From NCBI GenBank assembly GCA_030264375.1, contig JASCQW010000061.1, forward strand, positions 116,008,012 to 116,072,011: 64,000 nucleotides of DNA, given 5' to 3'. Each line of letters starts with the position of its first letter. Position 1 is the first letter of the stretch. This DNA comes from Carcharhinus longimanus (taxonomy: Eukaryota). The translations under genes were made by a program, and so were the position numbers. This document shows positions 12,610 to 25,049 of this stretch, one piece after another. The notes beneath the pieces were generated by a model that was not told where the DNA came from, ran no database searches, and saw nothing but the letters and a program-made list of their open reading frames with translations.

Positions 12610-14050
12610 NNNNCAACTTCTTTTCAAACCCAAGAATGAAGCCCATCTGAAACCACGAATTTGTCAGCTGGAGACCCAAAGATTTGCTCAATGCCACTTC
12701 CCTGGTGATTGTACTTTTTTCTGAGTTTCTCCCTCCCATCCCTTTGTTTATGACTAGTTCTTGTATGCTACGTGTATTGTCCATGGTGAAGTAAAATACC
12801 TGTTCAGTTCTTATTTAAATACCATAGAAACTCTTACTATCCATCTTAATATTTCTAACCATCTTTCTCTCATACTCTCATTTTTCCCTCCTTATTAATC
12901 TTATTGTTGTTCTTTGCTATTCTTTATATTCTGTCAAATCATCTGATCTACCACCTGTCTTTATCCCAATTATATGCTTTCTCTTTAAGTTTGATACTGT
13001 TTTTAACTTTATTAGTTAAGGAGTCCTCCCCTTGGAATATTTCTTTCTCATTAGAATGTATCTATTCTATGTACTCTAAAATATCCGTTTAAATGTCTGC
13101 CACTGCATCGCGACTGATCTATTCCTTAATCTTGTTTCCCAGTTCTGCTTTCATGCCCTTATAATTGCCCTTAGTTAATTTTAAAATGAGTCTCTGAAAC
13201 ATTCTTCTGTCCTTCAAACTGAATGTAAAATTCAAGCTTATTATGATCGCTGCTACCAAGAGATATCTTTGCCATGAGGTTATCAATTAATACTTCCTCG
13301 ATGCGCGATACCAGGCCTAGTATAATGCACTCTTTGGTTGGTTGCAGAACGTGTTGTACTAAAAAAAAACTTTCCTGAGAATATTCTGTCAACTGCTTAT
13401 CTAAATTATCGTTGCCCATTTGTTTTTTCCCAGTCTATGTGTAGATTAAAATACCCTTGATTATCACTACTGTTCTGACATGTTCCCATTATCTCTTCTT
13501 TTATAACTATATCCTTCTGTCTGGTTACTGTTAGGGAGGCCTGTACACCACTCCCACAAGTGATTTCTTGCCTTTATCATTTCTCATCTCAATCCAAACT
13601 GATTTCACATCGTGGTTCTTTGAATTTAGGCCATCCCTCTGTGTTGTGCTAATACCATCTTTAATTCACAGAGCCACTCCTCCACCTTTTCCAAGCATCC
13701 TGTCCTTCCTAAATGCCACGTACCATTTAATATTCTGGTGTCTAATCTCCATCGCCATATAGCCCTGTCTCCGTAATGGCTATCAGATCATGTTTATTCA
13801 TTTCTATTTAACGAATCAGTCCATCTCTTTTGTTTTGAATGCTACATATGTTTAGATACAGAGTCTTTAGTTTCATCCTTTTATTATTTGTGTTGCATCT
13901 AGCTTTATTTGTTGATCTGCTCTTAGAATTGTCCTTCCTCTCTGTTCCTTCTTCTCGTGGTCTGTTTATTATTTTCCGTGCTTGTATCTTTCTTGCCTTC
14001 TTGGTTTACCACATCTTCCTAAGTTTGATCTCTTGCCTCCGCTATTCAGT
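12610..14050 (-). mobile_element. Old CR1 LINE remnant (endonuclease to RT linker)
   Basis: ORF 13171-13419 'QHVLQPTKECIILGLV...SLGSSDHNKLEF' matches CR1 endonuclease QxVxxPTR...LGxSDH. Confidence 0.7.
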
Positions 14051-14423
14051 TTGAAATTCCCTAGAATCACAAAATCCCTACAGTGAAGAAGGAGGCTGTT
14101 TGGCCCATTGACCTGGGACGAGCAGCAATTCACAAACCGCAATCAGTTAATCCACACCACTATTTGAGTCACCCATTCATTTCTCTAATCTCATATCCAG
14201 AAATTTTGCAAGATTAATCTCAAAAGCTGATAAAATGTTATTGATAAAATGAAGGTTTATTGTAATTTCTGCCTAAAAGGAAAAGCATTTTTTTGAAATC
14301 AGAGACCATCGCGATTGTGTTTGATTTTATGGTAAACAGTGCCCTCTACTGTCTTTCTGTACACATTGACATCAGAAATATCAAAACAGGGCAATAAACA
14401 CACACATTGATAATGTTTAAGCT

Positions 14424-14712
14424 TAAAGTTTATTTATTAGTGTTATAAGTAGGCTTACATTAGCAATGCAACGAAGTTACTGTGAAAATCCTCAAGTCGC
14501 CACACTCTGGCGCCTCTTCAGTTACACGGAGGGAGAATTTAGCATGGCCACTACACCTAACCAGCACGTCTTTCAGACTGTGGGAGGGAACCGGAGCACC
14601 AGAGGAAGCCCACGCAGGCACAGGAGAACATATAGACTCCGCACAGACAGTGACCCGAACTGGGAATTGAACCCGGGTCCCTGGTGCTGTGCAGCAGCAG
14701 TGCTAACCACAC
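14424..14712 (-). mobile_element. tRNA SINE tail type B
   Basis: Reverse complement of the same family as 6072 and 11415. Confidence 0.85.
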
Positions 14713-15321
14713 TGTTCAGTCTTGTCCTGATAATTACATCCTCTCTCATTTTGCTTTTTCTCCAGTGCTTCCATAATCTTTTCGTAATATGGGCATAAAT
14801 GTAATCCCATCGCTGGAACAGTCAGTGGGGTGCTTAGACCTCCTCCCAATGACTGCCCCACAGCTTCTTAATGTCCCATTAATTAGCTGGAGACAGACCA
14901 GCACCTTCATGTGGGAAGGAAATCCCACCATCCTCCTCCAGAGACCTGCCAGCCACCTGATACAAGTTCCTCTATTCTTTCCAATGAAACTGCCAGAGCT
15001 GCTGAGTGTTTCCAGTATTTTCTGTTTTTATTTGATACCTGTAATGATTTGTGTACCTGTAACCCTTGATCCTTTTGCAGCTCTTTGCAGCTTGGGTTGT
15101 TATTTGCCCAGGAGCACATGGCCTCTTTATTTCTACCACCATAATGTGCCACCTCAAATTGACAAATCCATTTTCCATTTACACACCCAGAGGAATTAAT
15201 TATTTAACGGTCCGTTTTGGAGCTGTGAAGTTTGAGGACCAGATTAGACACGTTCTTTAATAGGATTTGCAGACCATCGGTGAAAATGTCCTTCGCTAAT
15301 TCAGTTATGCAAACATCTCAA

Positions 15322-15612
15322 GTTAAAGTTTATTAGTCACAAGTAGGCTTACATTAACACTGCAATGAAGTTACTGTGAAAATCCCCCTAGTCGCCACAT
15401 TCTGGTGCCTATTTGGTGCACTGAGGGAGAATTTAGCGTGGCCAGTGCACCTAACCAGCACGTCTTTCGGACTGTGGGAGGAAAGTGGGGCATCCGGAGG
15501 AAACCTGTGTAGACACAGGAGAACATGTAGACTCCGCACCGACAGTGACCCAAACTGGGAGTTGAACCCCAGTCTCTGGTGCTGTGCAGCAGCAATGCTA
15601 ACCACTGTGCCA
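15322..15612 (-). mobile_element. tRNA SINE tail type B
   Basis: Near-duplicate of 14424-14712. Confidence 0.85.
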
Positions 15613-15958
15613 GCCTGGTTCTTGTCGTAAAAGTCACCAAGTCTCTGAATATTAACGTGGGGAGTAACTTAGAAAGCTGGAAGAATACTCAGAATATCTT
15701 GTGTTAGAGAGAAGGTCATCTCACATCCTTGGCTTTTTTGTTATTTTTTTTTCCCTTTGAAGTCAGTAGAAAGAAAAATCAAACTGGAGTGTAAATGGGA
15801 GTGGGAGTTCAATCCGATATCACCCATTTTCCTCCCAATGTTAAAAGTTTTAAAATCTACCCCACTGTCATTCCTATTGGAGCAGAATTAATAACATTTT
15901 GGGATTAGTGATTGCACCTCTCCACAACTGAAGTCGAATGCTTTCTTTTCCCATGCAG

Positions 15959-16099
15959 GTAGAATGGGTAATAGTCGGCGAGCACTCCAGATGATAACTG
16001 AGGAGCTGCAAGACGTAGACAAAGCCATTGAGTTTGCCAAGGAGCAGGATGATGCTGAACTGTGGGAGGACCTCATTTCCCATTCCATTGACAAGCCAC
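15959..16099 (+). CDS. VPS41: VPS41 coding exon (S-RMGNSRRALQMITEELQDVDKAIEFAKEQDDAELWEDLISHSIDKP), clathrin-repeat region
   Basis: atgcag|gtagaatg...ccac|gtatgt; 141 nt, phase 1/1; near-identical to recalled vertebrate VPS41. Confidence 0.96.
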
Positions 16100-16153
16100 G
16101 TATGTAAATAGTGTTAAATCATTAGCAATTTAGACAGTTTGCTGACCTTTCAT

Positions 16154-18475
16154 TGTGAATTTGCGAATATTATAAGTTAATTCTAGAAATATGGTATAGC
16201 TTTAAGTAAGTTTAATGTTGCCTTTCTAGATAAGAAAGGGTTAAGACTTTAATTAGCTTCACGGTAAACAAAGGTGCCTGCGTGTCTTTGGGTTTTTAGT
16301 TTAATTTCAAATTTTACCTCCGTTATAATTAAAGGGTTCACAGTATGAAGACAAATAGAGCTTAAAGAAAGACTAGGTTGATGCTTAGCAACCAGGGACC
16401 CAGGCTGAAAAGCGTAAGCAGTTGTGGTTCAGTTGGAACCAGGTACTTGAGAAGAAAGCAGCCTCACAGAAACTGTCAACAGAGAGGCAGGGTGCAATGG
16501 AGTATGGAGCAGCAAGTCCCAGAAGCCAAACAACAGATATTCTAGAAACCAGGGGATAAAAAGAGGAGTCCCAGGAAAACTGAAGTCAAAGGGACAAAGA
16601 ACTGGAATCTGAACAGGGTATTTTTCACTGAAATTAAAGATAGAGCTGTAAGGTTAAGAGCTGGGTAAATTGGCTAATGATAAGTCAGACATCTAAAGTA
16701 ATACTAAGGTTGGTGACACCTGAAAACATCCTGTGATTGGCATGGCTGTATAGCTGAGAGGTTGTGTAGAAGCTTAAACACACATGGCAGTTCAAAGCAG
16801 AGGAATACTGAAAGAAGAAATTGAAATCCTTGGCATAGATCCTTGGTGAAGGCATCCAAGAGAGAGAGTTGTTTGGGAGAAGACTCTAAGGCGTGTTCTT
16901 TGAGAGTAGAGTTGGAAACAGCCATGTGGAAGTCAATTCCAGTGAGACCAGTTGATTCACAGGGAGAGAGAAGCAACGGGGGAGGATTTGATGAGAAATC
17001 CACGAGAGCTGTATTGAGTGGCATCTGCCACTTGGTTTCAGAGTGTGGTGTGCCTGGCCACAGTTAGCCTGTTAGTTCACATGGACTGTCTGCTTAACGA
17101 AAATATTAGAATCATAAAATCATACAGCGCAGAAGAGGCCCTAATGCATCGACGCATTAGAAACACCTTAATTCCTCCCTTATCCTATCTGCCAGCACTT
17201 GGCCCATGGCCCTGAATGTTATGATGTGCCAAGTGCTCATCCAGATATTTTTTAAAGGATGTGAGGCAACCCACTTCTGCCACTTTCCAGGCAGCATTCC
17301 AGACCGTCACCACCCTCTGGGTAAAAAGATTGTTCCTCACATCCCCCAAACCTCCTGCCTGTCACCATGAACCTATGTCCCTTCGTGACTGACCCTTCAA
17401 CTAAGGAGAATAGCTGCTCCTTCTGCACTCTTGTACGTAAACTTGTACCCCTCGATCGGGATGTCCCTCAATCTTCTCTGCTCCAATGTGAACAACCCAA
17501 GCCTACACAACCTCTCTTAACTTCAGTGCTCCATCCCAGGCAGCATTCTGGTGAATCCCCTCTGCACCCCCTCCACTGCAATCACATCCTTCCGATAATG
17601 TGATGACCAAAACTGCACACAGTAGTCTAGCTGTGACCTCACCAAAGTTCTATACAACTCCAAAATGACTTCCCTGCTTTTGTAATCTATGCCTCAATTG
17701 ATAAAGGCAAGTGCCCCGTATACCTTTTTAGTCACCCTACTAACATGCCCTTCTGCTTTCAGAGATCTGTGGGCAAAGACGCCAAGGTCCCTTTTGTTCC
17801 ACAGAAATTCCAAGCGTCCTACCATTCATTGAGTACTTTCTCGTCAAATTACTCCTCCCAAAGTGTATCACCTCACACTTCTCAGGGTTAAATTCCATCT
17901 GCCACTTATCTGCCCATTTGGCCATTCCATCTATATTTTCTTGTAGCCCAAGTCATCTGCCTCTCTGTAAACCACCCGTCCAATCTTTGTGTGATCCACA
18001 AACCAACCAATTCTATCCCCAACTTAATCATCAAAGTCATCTATATAAATGATGAATTATAGGAGCCCAACACAGATCTCTGTGTCCTAGATACTGACTT
18101 CCAGTCACTAAAGCAGCCTTGTGTCATTACCCTCTATCTCCTACAACTGAGTCAATTTTGAACCACTATTAAATTACCTGTTATCCCATATGAATTTACC
18201 TTCTTTACAAATCTCCCATGTGGAACTTCATTAAAGGTTTGTGCTATCCTTAAAGTCTGTCATTGTGAAGATATCAGTGAGGTGAACGAGTACTGAATGA
18301 TAGTCAATTTTTTCATGTTTAGCAAATGTTTTATTCTTTTGTAAAAAGTTAATAGGCAGATCTGTGACTCTGTTCATCCACATCTCTAAACAAAAAATAA
18401 AAATCATGGTCTGTTGAGCCAGGGTTCTGTATGAAACCTGACCGTCCAGTAGTAAAATCAGCTGGGATCATAATA
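16154..18475 (+). mobile_element. Probable solo LTR split by a CR1 insertion
   Basis: TG start, purine-rich body, aataaa at ~18396, end ...ctgggatcataata resembling fish Gypsy LTR ends; inference only. Confidence 0.4.
17105..18240 (-). mobile_element. CR1/HER1 LINE 3' portion
   Basis: ORF MAKWADKWQMEFNPEKCEVIHFGRSN; 3' tail reads tagaatcataaaatcatacag on +. Confidence 0.9.
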
Positions 18476-18699
18476 CACACACTTGCCACACCTCCAATCT
18501 CCCTTTTACACTCGAGTCCTTGAAGATGTTGTCTTTGAAATCCATGCCCATTGTTCATGTAACTCCATGCTTAAAACTCTTCAATCACATTTTTGTCCCT
18601 TTGATAGCATGAACCAGCCCTAAACAAAGGTATAAATGACATTCGAAGTGATTGTGGTCATGATGCACTCCTCTTAGCCTTCTCAATCTGTCTGCAAAT

Positions 18700-19256
18700 T
18701 ATGATGCAGTTAATCCAACTATCCTCCCCCATTATCTAGTATCATTGGACTACCCTTGATTCCGTTCTTATCTACCCATCTCAGGCACAGAATCTCCACA
18801 AATAGCTCCTCAAACTCCACTGTGCTGTCATTTCTGGAGTCCCCCAAGAATCTGTCCTTGGTCCCTCCAGTTCCTCAGCCAGATGCTGCCCCTTGGGGAT
18901 ATCATCTGAAGCCATGCGGCCAGTTTACACAAATCTGCCAATAAAATCTCAGCACTGTCTCTACCATCTCTCGTGATGCCTCCATTGCTTCTGTTGTCTT
19001 TTTACTTGCTTAACATCTGGTCTTGATCTCAATTTCTTCTAGTTCAACATGAGGGAGATTTAAAAAGTCATAATCTTCAGCCCCACCACTGTCCTGTTCC
19101 CTTCTCATTGATCCTTTCCCCTTGTCCAATCACTGTGTTGTATTGAACCAGGTGCTTTACAATCTTCACAGTTTATTCAATGCTGATCTTCAGATCACAT
19201 ATACTCTCCGTCTCAGAGAGTGCCTAATTCCATCTCCATAACCTCACCCCTCATCT
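18700..19256 (+). mobile_element. L2-like LINE RT remnant
   Basis: tctggagtcccccaagaatctgtccttggtccc (GVPQxSVLGP) in an L2-like context; ends at gap. Confidence 0.6.
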
Positions 19257-19356
19257 NNNNNNNNNNNNNNNNNNNNNNNNNNNNNNNNNNNNNNNNNNNN
19301 NNNNNNNNNNNNNNNNNNNNNNNNNNNNNNNNNNNNNNNNNNNNNNNNNNNNNNNN

Positions 19357-20910
19357 TCCACCTTGCCAGCTCACCTCTGATCCCGTGCAACTTCACCTTC
19401 TGCACCAGTCTGCCATGAGAGACGTTGTCAAAAGCTTTACTGAAGTCCATGTAGACAACATCCACTGCCTATCCTCATCAATCATCTTCGTCAGTTCCTC
19501 GAAAAGCTCGATCAAGTTCGTGAGACATGACCTTCTCTTCACAAAACCATGTTCCTCTCACTAATACATCCACTTATTTCTAAGTGGGAATAAAGTGGGA
19601 ATCTTCTCCAATAATTTCCCTACTACTGATGTAAGGCTTACCAGCCTATAATTACCTGGATTATTTTTGCTACCCTTCTTAAACAAAGGAACAACACTGG
19701 CTATTCTCCAAACCTCTGGGACCTCCCCTGTAGCTAGTGAGGATACAAAGATTTCTCTCAAGGCCGCAGCAATTTCCTCCCTTGCCCCTCTCAGTATTCT
19801 GGGATATATCCCATCAGGCCCTGGGGACTTGTCTACATTAGTGTTTCTCAAGAACCCCAGTACCTCTCCCTTTTCGACCTCAACATGACTCAAACTTTCT
19901 ACATACCCTTTCCCAGATTCTTCATCTGCCAGATCCTTTGGTGAATACTGATGCAAAGTACTCATTTAATACCTCACCCATTTCCTCTGGCTTCACGCAT
20001 AGATTCCCTCCCTTGTCCTTGATTGGGCCAACCCTCTCCCTGGCTACCCTATTGCTCTTTAAATATCTACAGAATCATAGAACCCTACAGTGCAGAAAGA
20101 GGCCAGTCAGCCCATCAAATCTGTACTGACCATAATCCCACCCAGGCCCTACCCCCATATCCCTACATATTTTATCTGCTAATCCTCTAACCTACGCATC
20201 TCAGGACACTAAGGGCAATTTTAGCATGGCCAATCAACCTAACACACACATCTTTGGACTGTAGGGGGAAACCGGAACACCCCGAGGAAACCCACACAGA
20301 CACGAGAATATCTGCGTGGAGTTTGCACAATGACCTGAGCTGGGAATTGAACCCAGGTCCCTGGAGCTGTGAAGCAGCATTGCTGACCACTGTGCTACCG
20401 TGCCGTTATGTGTAAAAAGCCTTGGGATTTTCCTTAATCCTGCTGGCCAATGCTTTTTCATGACCCCTTTTCAGTCCTTCTTACTCTTTGCTTAAGTTTC
20501 TTTTTACTTGCCTTGTATTCCACACTTGCTTCATGTGTTCGCAGCCTCCTAGCTTTGCCAAATGCTTCCTCTTTCTCTTTGACTAGGCTCACAATATCTC
20601 TTGTTATCCAAGGTTCCCAAAATTTGCCATACTTATCCTTCAACCTTACGTGTGCCAGTCCTGAATACCTACCAACTTGCACTTGAAAGCCTCCCACATG
20701 CCAGATGTTGATTTGTTCTCAATCATCTGCCCTCAATCTACCTAATATTGTTGTAATTAGCCTTCTCTCAATTTAGCACCTTAACTTGAGGACTACATTT
20801 ATCTTTATTCATCAGTACCTTAAAGCTTACTGAATTGTGGTCACTGTTCCCGAATTGCTCCCCTACTGAAACATCAACCACCTGGCTGGGCTCATTCCCC
20901 AATACCAAAT
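19357..20910 (-). mobile_element. Younger CR1/HER1 LINE ORF2 fragment
   Basis: VDKSPGPDGIYPRIL, NPGNYRLVSLTSVVGKLLE, DVVYMDFSKAFDNVSHGRL, EPWITRDIVSLVK. Confidence 0.93.
20070..20405 (-). mobile_element. HE1-type SINE inside CR1
   Basis: Full reverse complement from cggcacggtagcacagtgg to ttctatgattct. Confidence 0.88.
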
Positions 20911-21615
20911 GGAATGTTTTTTGTTTCAACAATATTCAAATGCATTTCTGATTCTTTCTGTTCCAGAATCTGATTTCACTGGTATTAGAATCACTACCAG
21001 CTATATTAAATTAGAATATATTTAAACACTTCAGGTTTATGTTTCATTAGAAACAGGATCTCCCATCTGCTGTACAATCGAGATCACCAGTTTGAATTTT
21101 GGTGAATGAATTCTGCGTTTGGAGGCAGGTCTGTTTATTTAAATATAATAGCAGGCAGAAAAAGGCATACTTGATGAGTATGTGCTGTCATCTGAGAACC
21201 TCACCCATCAGAAGCGTATATCTGGAAATCATTTCATCCATTAATTTAAATTGACAGAAAATCATGGCAAACTTGCTTACAATTTGGCTGTACTGCACTT
21301 TCCACATGGGAGAGTGCATTTGTAAAATGATTCCTCAGAGGCTCATCTCTTTGTCTTATCTGGAGATAAAGGAGGGATACGACAGGATCAAAGATTGAGA
21401 AGTTAACAAATTGATTCCACGTTGCAAAATAATGTACAAGAGTGATTAAAAATTAGTAACCATGTTTGCAGTGTAAGCCATCAAAAAGATGAAGTATTGA
21501 CGATGTGCTGTTCCACAGAAAGAGAAAAACCGGTAAAAAGACATACCAAAACTATTCTCCCCGCAATCACATAAATGTCATTGGAATAACTGACTTTTCT
21601 TTTAATTTTCTTTAG

Positions 21616-21786
21616 GCCTTTTACATTGTATTTTGTAAAGCTATTGAAAGGACAGAACAGTCCGAGGATCTAAAGGAGCGAGTAGCAAACCTGACAGACT
21701 GCATCACATACTCTGTGTTTCTCTACACGAGCAGAGGCCTCTTTGAAAGGGACAAGGTTGCATTCATTTCTCACACAACTTTCCAG
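21616..21786 (+). CDS. DNAH11: Axonemal dynein heavy chain exon, DNAH11-like (AFYIVFCKAIERTEQSEDLKERVANLTDCITYSVFLYTSRGLFERDKVAFISHTTFQ), inside a VPS41 intron
   Basis: tctttag|gccttt...ttccag|gtgtgt; 171 nt open frame, phase 0/0; aligns by recall without gaps to human DNAH11 [57 protein letters not shown]; paralogues DNAH9/DNAH17 not excluded. Confidence 0.85.
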
Positions 21787-23604
21787 GTGTGTAGAGATGC
21801 TTTTCAATGCAGATTGACTCTGATATTATGGTAAATCCGAGTGTCCTGTTGCCTGCTTCATTACATTTCCAGCATAATATACGACGAATAAGGTGTTGCA
21901 ACCCACCCCCAACAACAGGAAAGATTATCAAAACCTCTGGGTATTCATTAATTACACATTTATAAGAATATCCAATACAGTGTTAATTATGCCATCATTT
22001 GCTCCTTTTGATGTTGTTAATGAGACTACTCTGTATTCTGTCAGTAACTTTCTTATTTGTAAGTAGCAAATCCTGAATGACATTGGTCCTTTAATATATT
22101 TTGCCATCAGGGAATTAAACTTCCTGAGCAGATGGCAAGTTATTTTACTTCAGGAAAATTATCTTCTCCAGTGTAACACATTGGTAGAAAACTATGAATT
22201 GATAGCTGGATTTTATAAATATGTGTTGGGCTAAAGTAAAAACGATTTGGAACCTGCAGAAATTGGAACTTCTTTGCAGTTATGTCATGGGACGTTTATC
22301 CAAAACATTTAATCTTGACAAATCGTTCGCAAAATAATTCAGTTTTAGATTACTGTTTAGTGTCTATCATACAGTTATATCTCCAGTCTGAATTCCTTGA
22401 TGATAGTGAAATAAGTTTGGCCTAAATGCTGTGGAGATTTTGCAGAGTCCCACAAACAGAAGATCACTAAACATTGTCTATTTTATTATTGAGTACTGTC
22501 ATTTATCTATTTTTCTTTTAGAAATGTTCCATTGGAAACTATTTTGGAACAGGACAGTAAAGAAACAGGAAAACATCCAGCAGTTTTCACTTGGAGTTCA
22601 TGGAACAATTCATGCACTTAAGAAACATCCAAAATGTTCCCAACTAATATGATTCACAATTAGGTGCAACCAAGATTTAAACAAGGGCTATGAAATTTTG
22701 AGAGTTCCCCCAAGCTTCGGTTGTAACTCCATGAGGTCACTGAAGAGACCACCACCTTAAACAATAAACAGAGGTGGCTTTGTATAATCTAGAATTTCAG
22801 TGCCAAATTACTGAAGTTAGATTTGTCCCATTAGAATTGCTGCTAAGATTAATTTTATTCTTTTATGCTTCCTTTTATTTTTCTTTAAACTTTTTTATTC
22901 AATAATAGAATTTTTCCAACAGAATTTCTGCCCTTACATTGCATCAGTGCACTCTTTTTCTATTTGATTCTTTATATCGGAACTTTTCTGAAAAAGGATC
23001 CACTGATGAGTCTTGTATGTGGCCCCAGGATATCTTGGATTCATGTATGAAATAAAATGATAAATGTGCATCGTGCCAAGGACCAAAATAAAAATTTTCC
23101 TCTAATTTTAACAATACATCGGGGGGTTAATTTTAACTGTATGCAATAGAGTAAAACGAGTAATAGCAAAACTGCAACATAAGCCAATAGAATTAAAAAT
23201 TATAAGATGTCAGTTGGCTATTATGTATTTTACATAATTGCTCAAACTTATCCCAGAGTTAAAAAGAAGCTGCGATCAGAAGTCATGTCTCGATATAGTC
23301 TATCTCGATATAGTGTTACCAGCACAATTAATCAGCTTGATTTCTGAGAAGAAAGTTTGAGTAAGGAACCAAGGCATACATTTTAAAGATTTATTCAGAT
23401 ATGTGCATGACAGCTGCTTTTGAATTCATTTAATAGATATTAAAATCCAAGGAGCCCTGGCAACTAGGAGTACATTAGTAGCCTGCGATGTCCAAATAAA
23501 AAAAAGTGATCAGTTTGAACTGCAAAGAGTCCAGATTAGTTAGTCTCACATTTGGTAAAATTATGTATTTTTTACTATTATGTACTACTTCATCTCAATT
23601 TTTT

Positions 23605-24045
23605 TGTCAGGAACGGTTGAGGACTCTGGGTGTGTACTCGTTGGAATTTGGAAGGATGAGGGGGGATCTTATTGAAACTTACAAGATACTGCAAGGCCTG
23701 GATAGAATGGATGTGGAGAGGATGTTTCCACTAGTAAGAAAATCTAGAACCAGAGGACACAAGCTCAGGCTAAAGGGATGATCCTTTAAACAGAGATGAG
23801 AAGGAATTTCTTCAGCCAGAGAATGGTGAATCTGTGAAACTCTTTGCCACAGGAGGCTGTGGAGGCCAGGTCATTGAGTGTTTTTAAGATAGAGATATAG
23901 TCTTGATTAATAAGGGGGTCAGGGGTTATGGGGTAAAGGCAGGAGAATGAGAATGAGGATGAGAAAGATAACAGCCATGATTGAATGGTGGAGCAGACTC
24001 GATGGCTGAGTGGCCTAAATTTGCTCCTATGCCTTATGGTCTTAT
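23605..24045 (+). mobile_element. CR1 3' end within the dynein intron
   Basis: ERLRTLGVYSLEFGRMRGDLIETYKIL...TRGHKLRLKG; tail gctcctatgccttatggtctta. Confidence 0.9.
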
Positions 24046-24293
24046 AGCTGAAGCCTGTTACAAAGTCAACTTTAATCTGACTTAATCAATTTTCTGTGGA
24101 GCTTGAGGATAAATGCAATAACTAACAAAACATTTTTTGTTATTTTAGGCATGCTGTTAGAAACTTATTGAGGTATCAGGTCCAATGACGCGCCAATACG
24201 GAGCTAAAATTTACCCATGAGAGTTTATCTAACATATGTAGGAAGAATAGAAAAGACCCCAAACACAACATTTGAAATTGTACTATTTTCCAG

Positions 24294-24416
24294 ATCCTGT
24301 TGATGAACAATGAGATAGATCCTGAGGAGTTGGACTTTTTCCTGAGATTCAATGTTGAGCAAACATACAAGAGCCCTATTGATTTTCTCTCCACCCAAGC
24401 TTGGAGCGCCATCAAG
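24294..24416 (+). CDS. DNAH11: Next axonemal dynein heavy chain exon, DNAH11-like ([41 protein letters not shown])
   Basis: ttttccag|atcctg...atcaag|gtcaat; 123 nt, phase 0/0; human DNAH11 [41 protein letters not shown] follows the previous exon. Confidence 0.87.
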
Positions 24417-25049
24417 GTCAATTTAGCATTTTTCTTTTGCCCCTTACACTTGTGTGAAACGAATTTGACTGTTTGCTATGATAAGGGCCTTACATAAATA
24501 TAAATAAAAGTTACTGTTCAAGACGTGCTGAGGAGAATGAAATCTATCCTATGTCTCATTGGCTTGCTAAATTAATAAGCCAGCTTTAGACTAAAGCAAA
24601 TCAGCATGATTTGAATCAAGACCTCTTATTATCCTTACTCTGAAAGAAAAGTGGATTGTGCTTTTTCGTTTGTCTTCACACTTGGACATAAATCATTTCT
24701 TAGGTGCAAAGAGAATAAGAAATTGGACAGGAAGGAATAAATGCTTGTAACGGAGCCTTCCTAATGTTTCTTCCATATAAAATTTGCTATCCCAAGAAGA
24801 ATTCGCTATTTATCATAATTACAAGTACAGTACAGTTTTCCAGTAAATATGTGCTAGAATATTCATTGTTTAGTTCCCTTTTGTCCCCCAGAGGTACCAT
24901 CCAGAATCACAATGCCACGTGTACAAGTATCCAGCTGGTCCTCAGCAGTAGCTTTGTCAACCCTTCCAAACTTCCTGATTTTCTTTATGCTGTTTGAACT
25001 AAATCCAATACTGACAGAAATTTCCTCCTCCTAAATATTAGGAACACCA

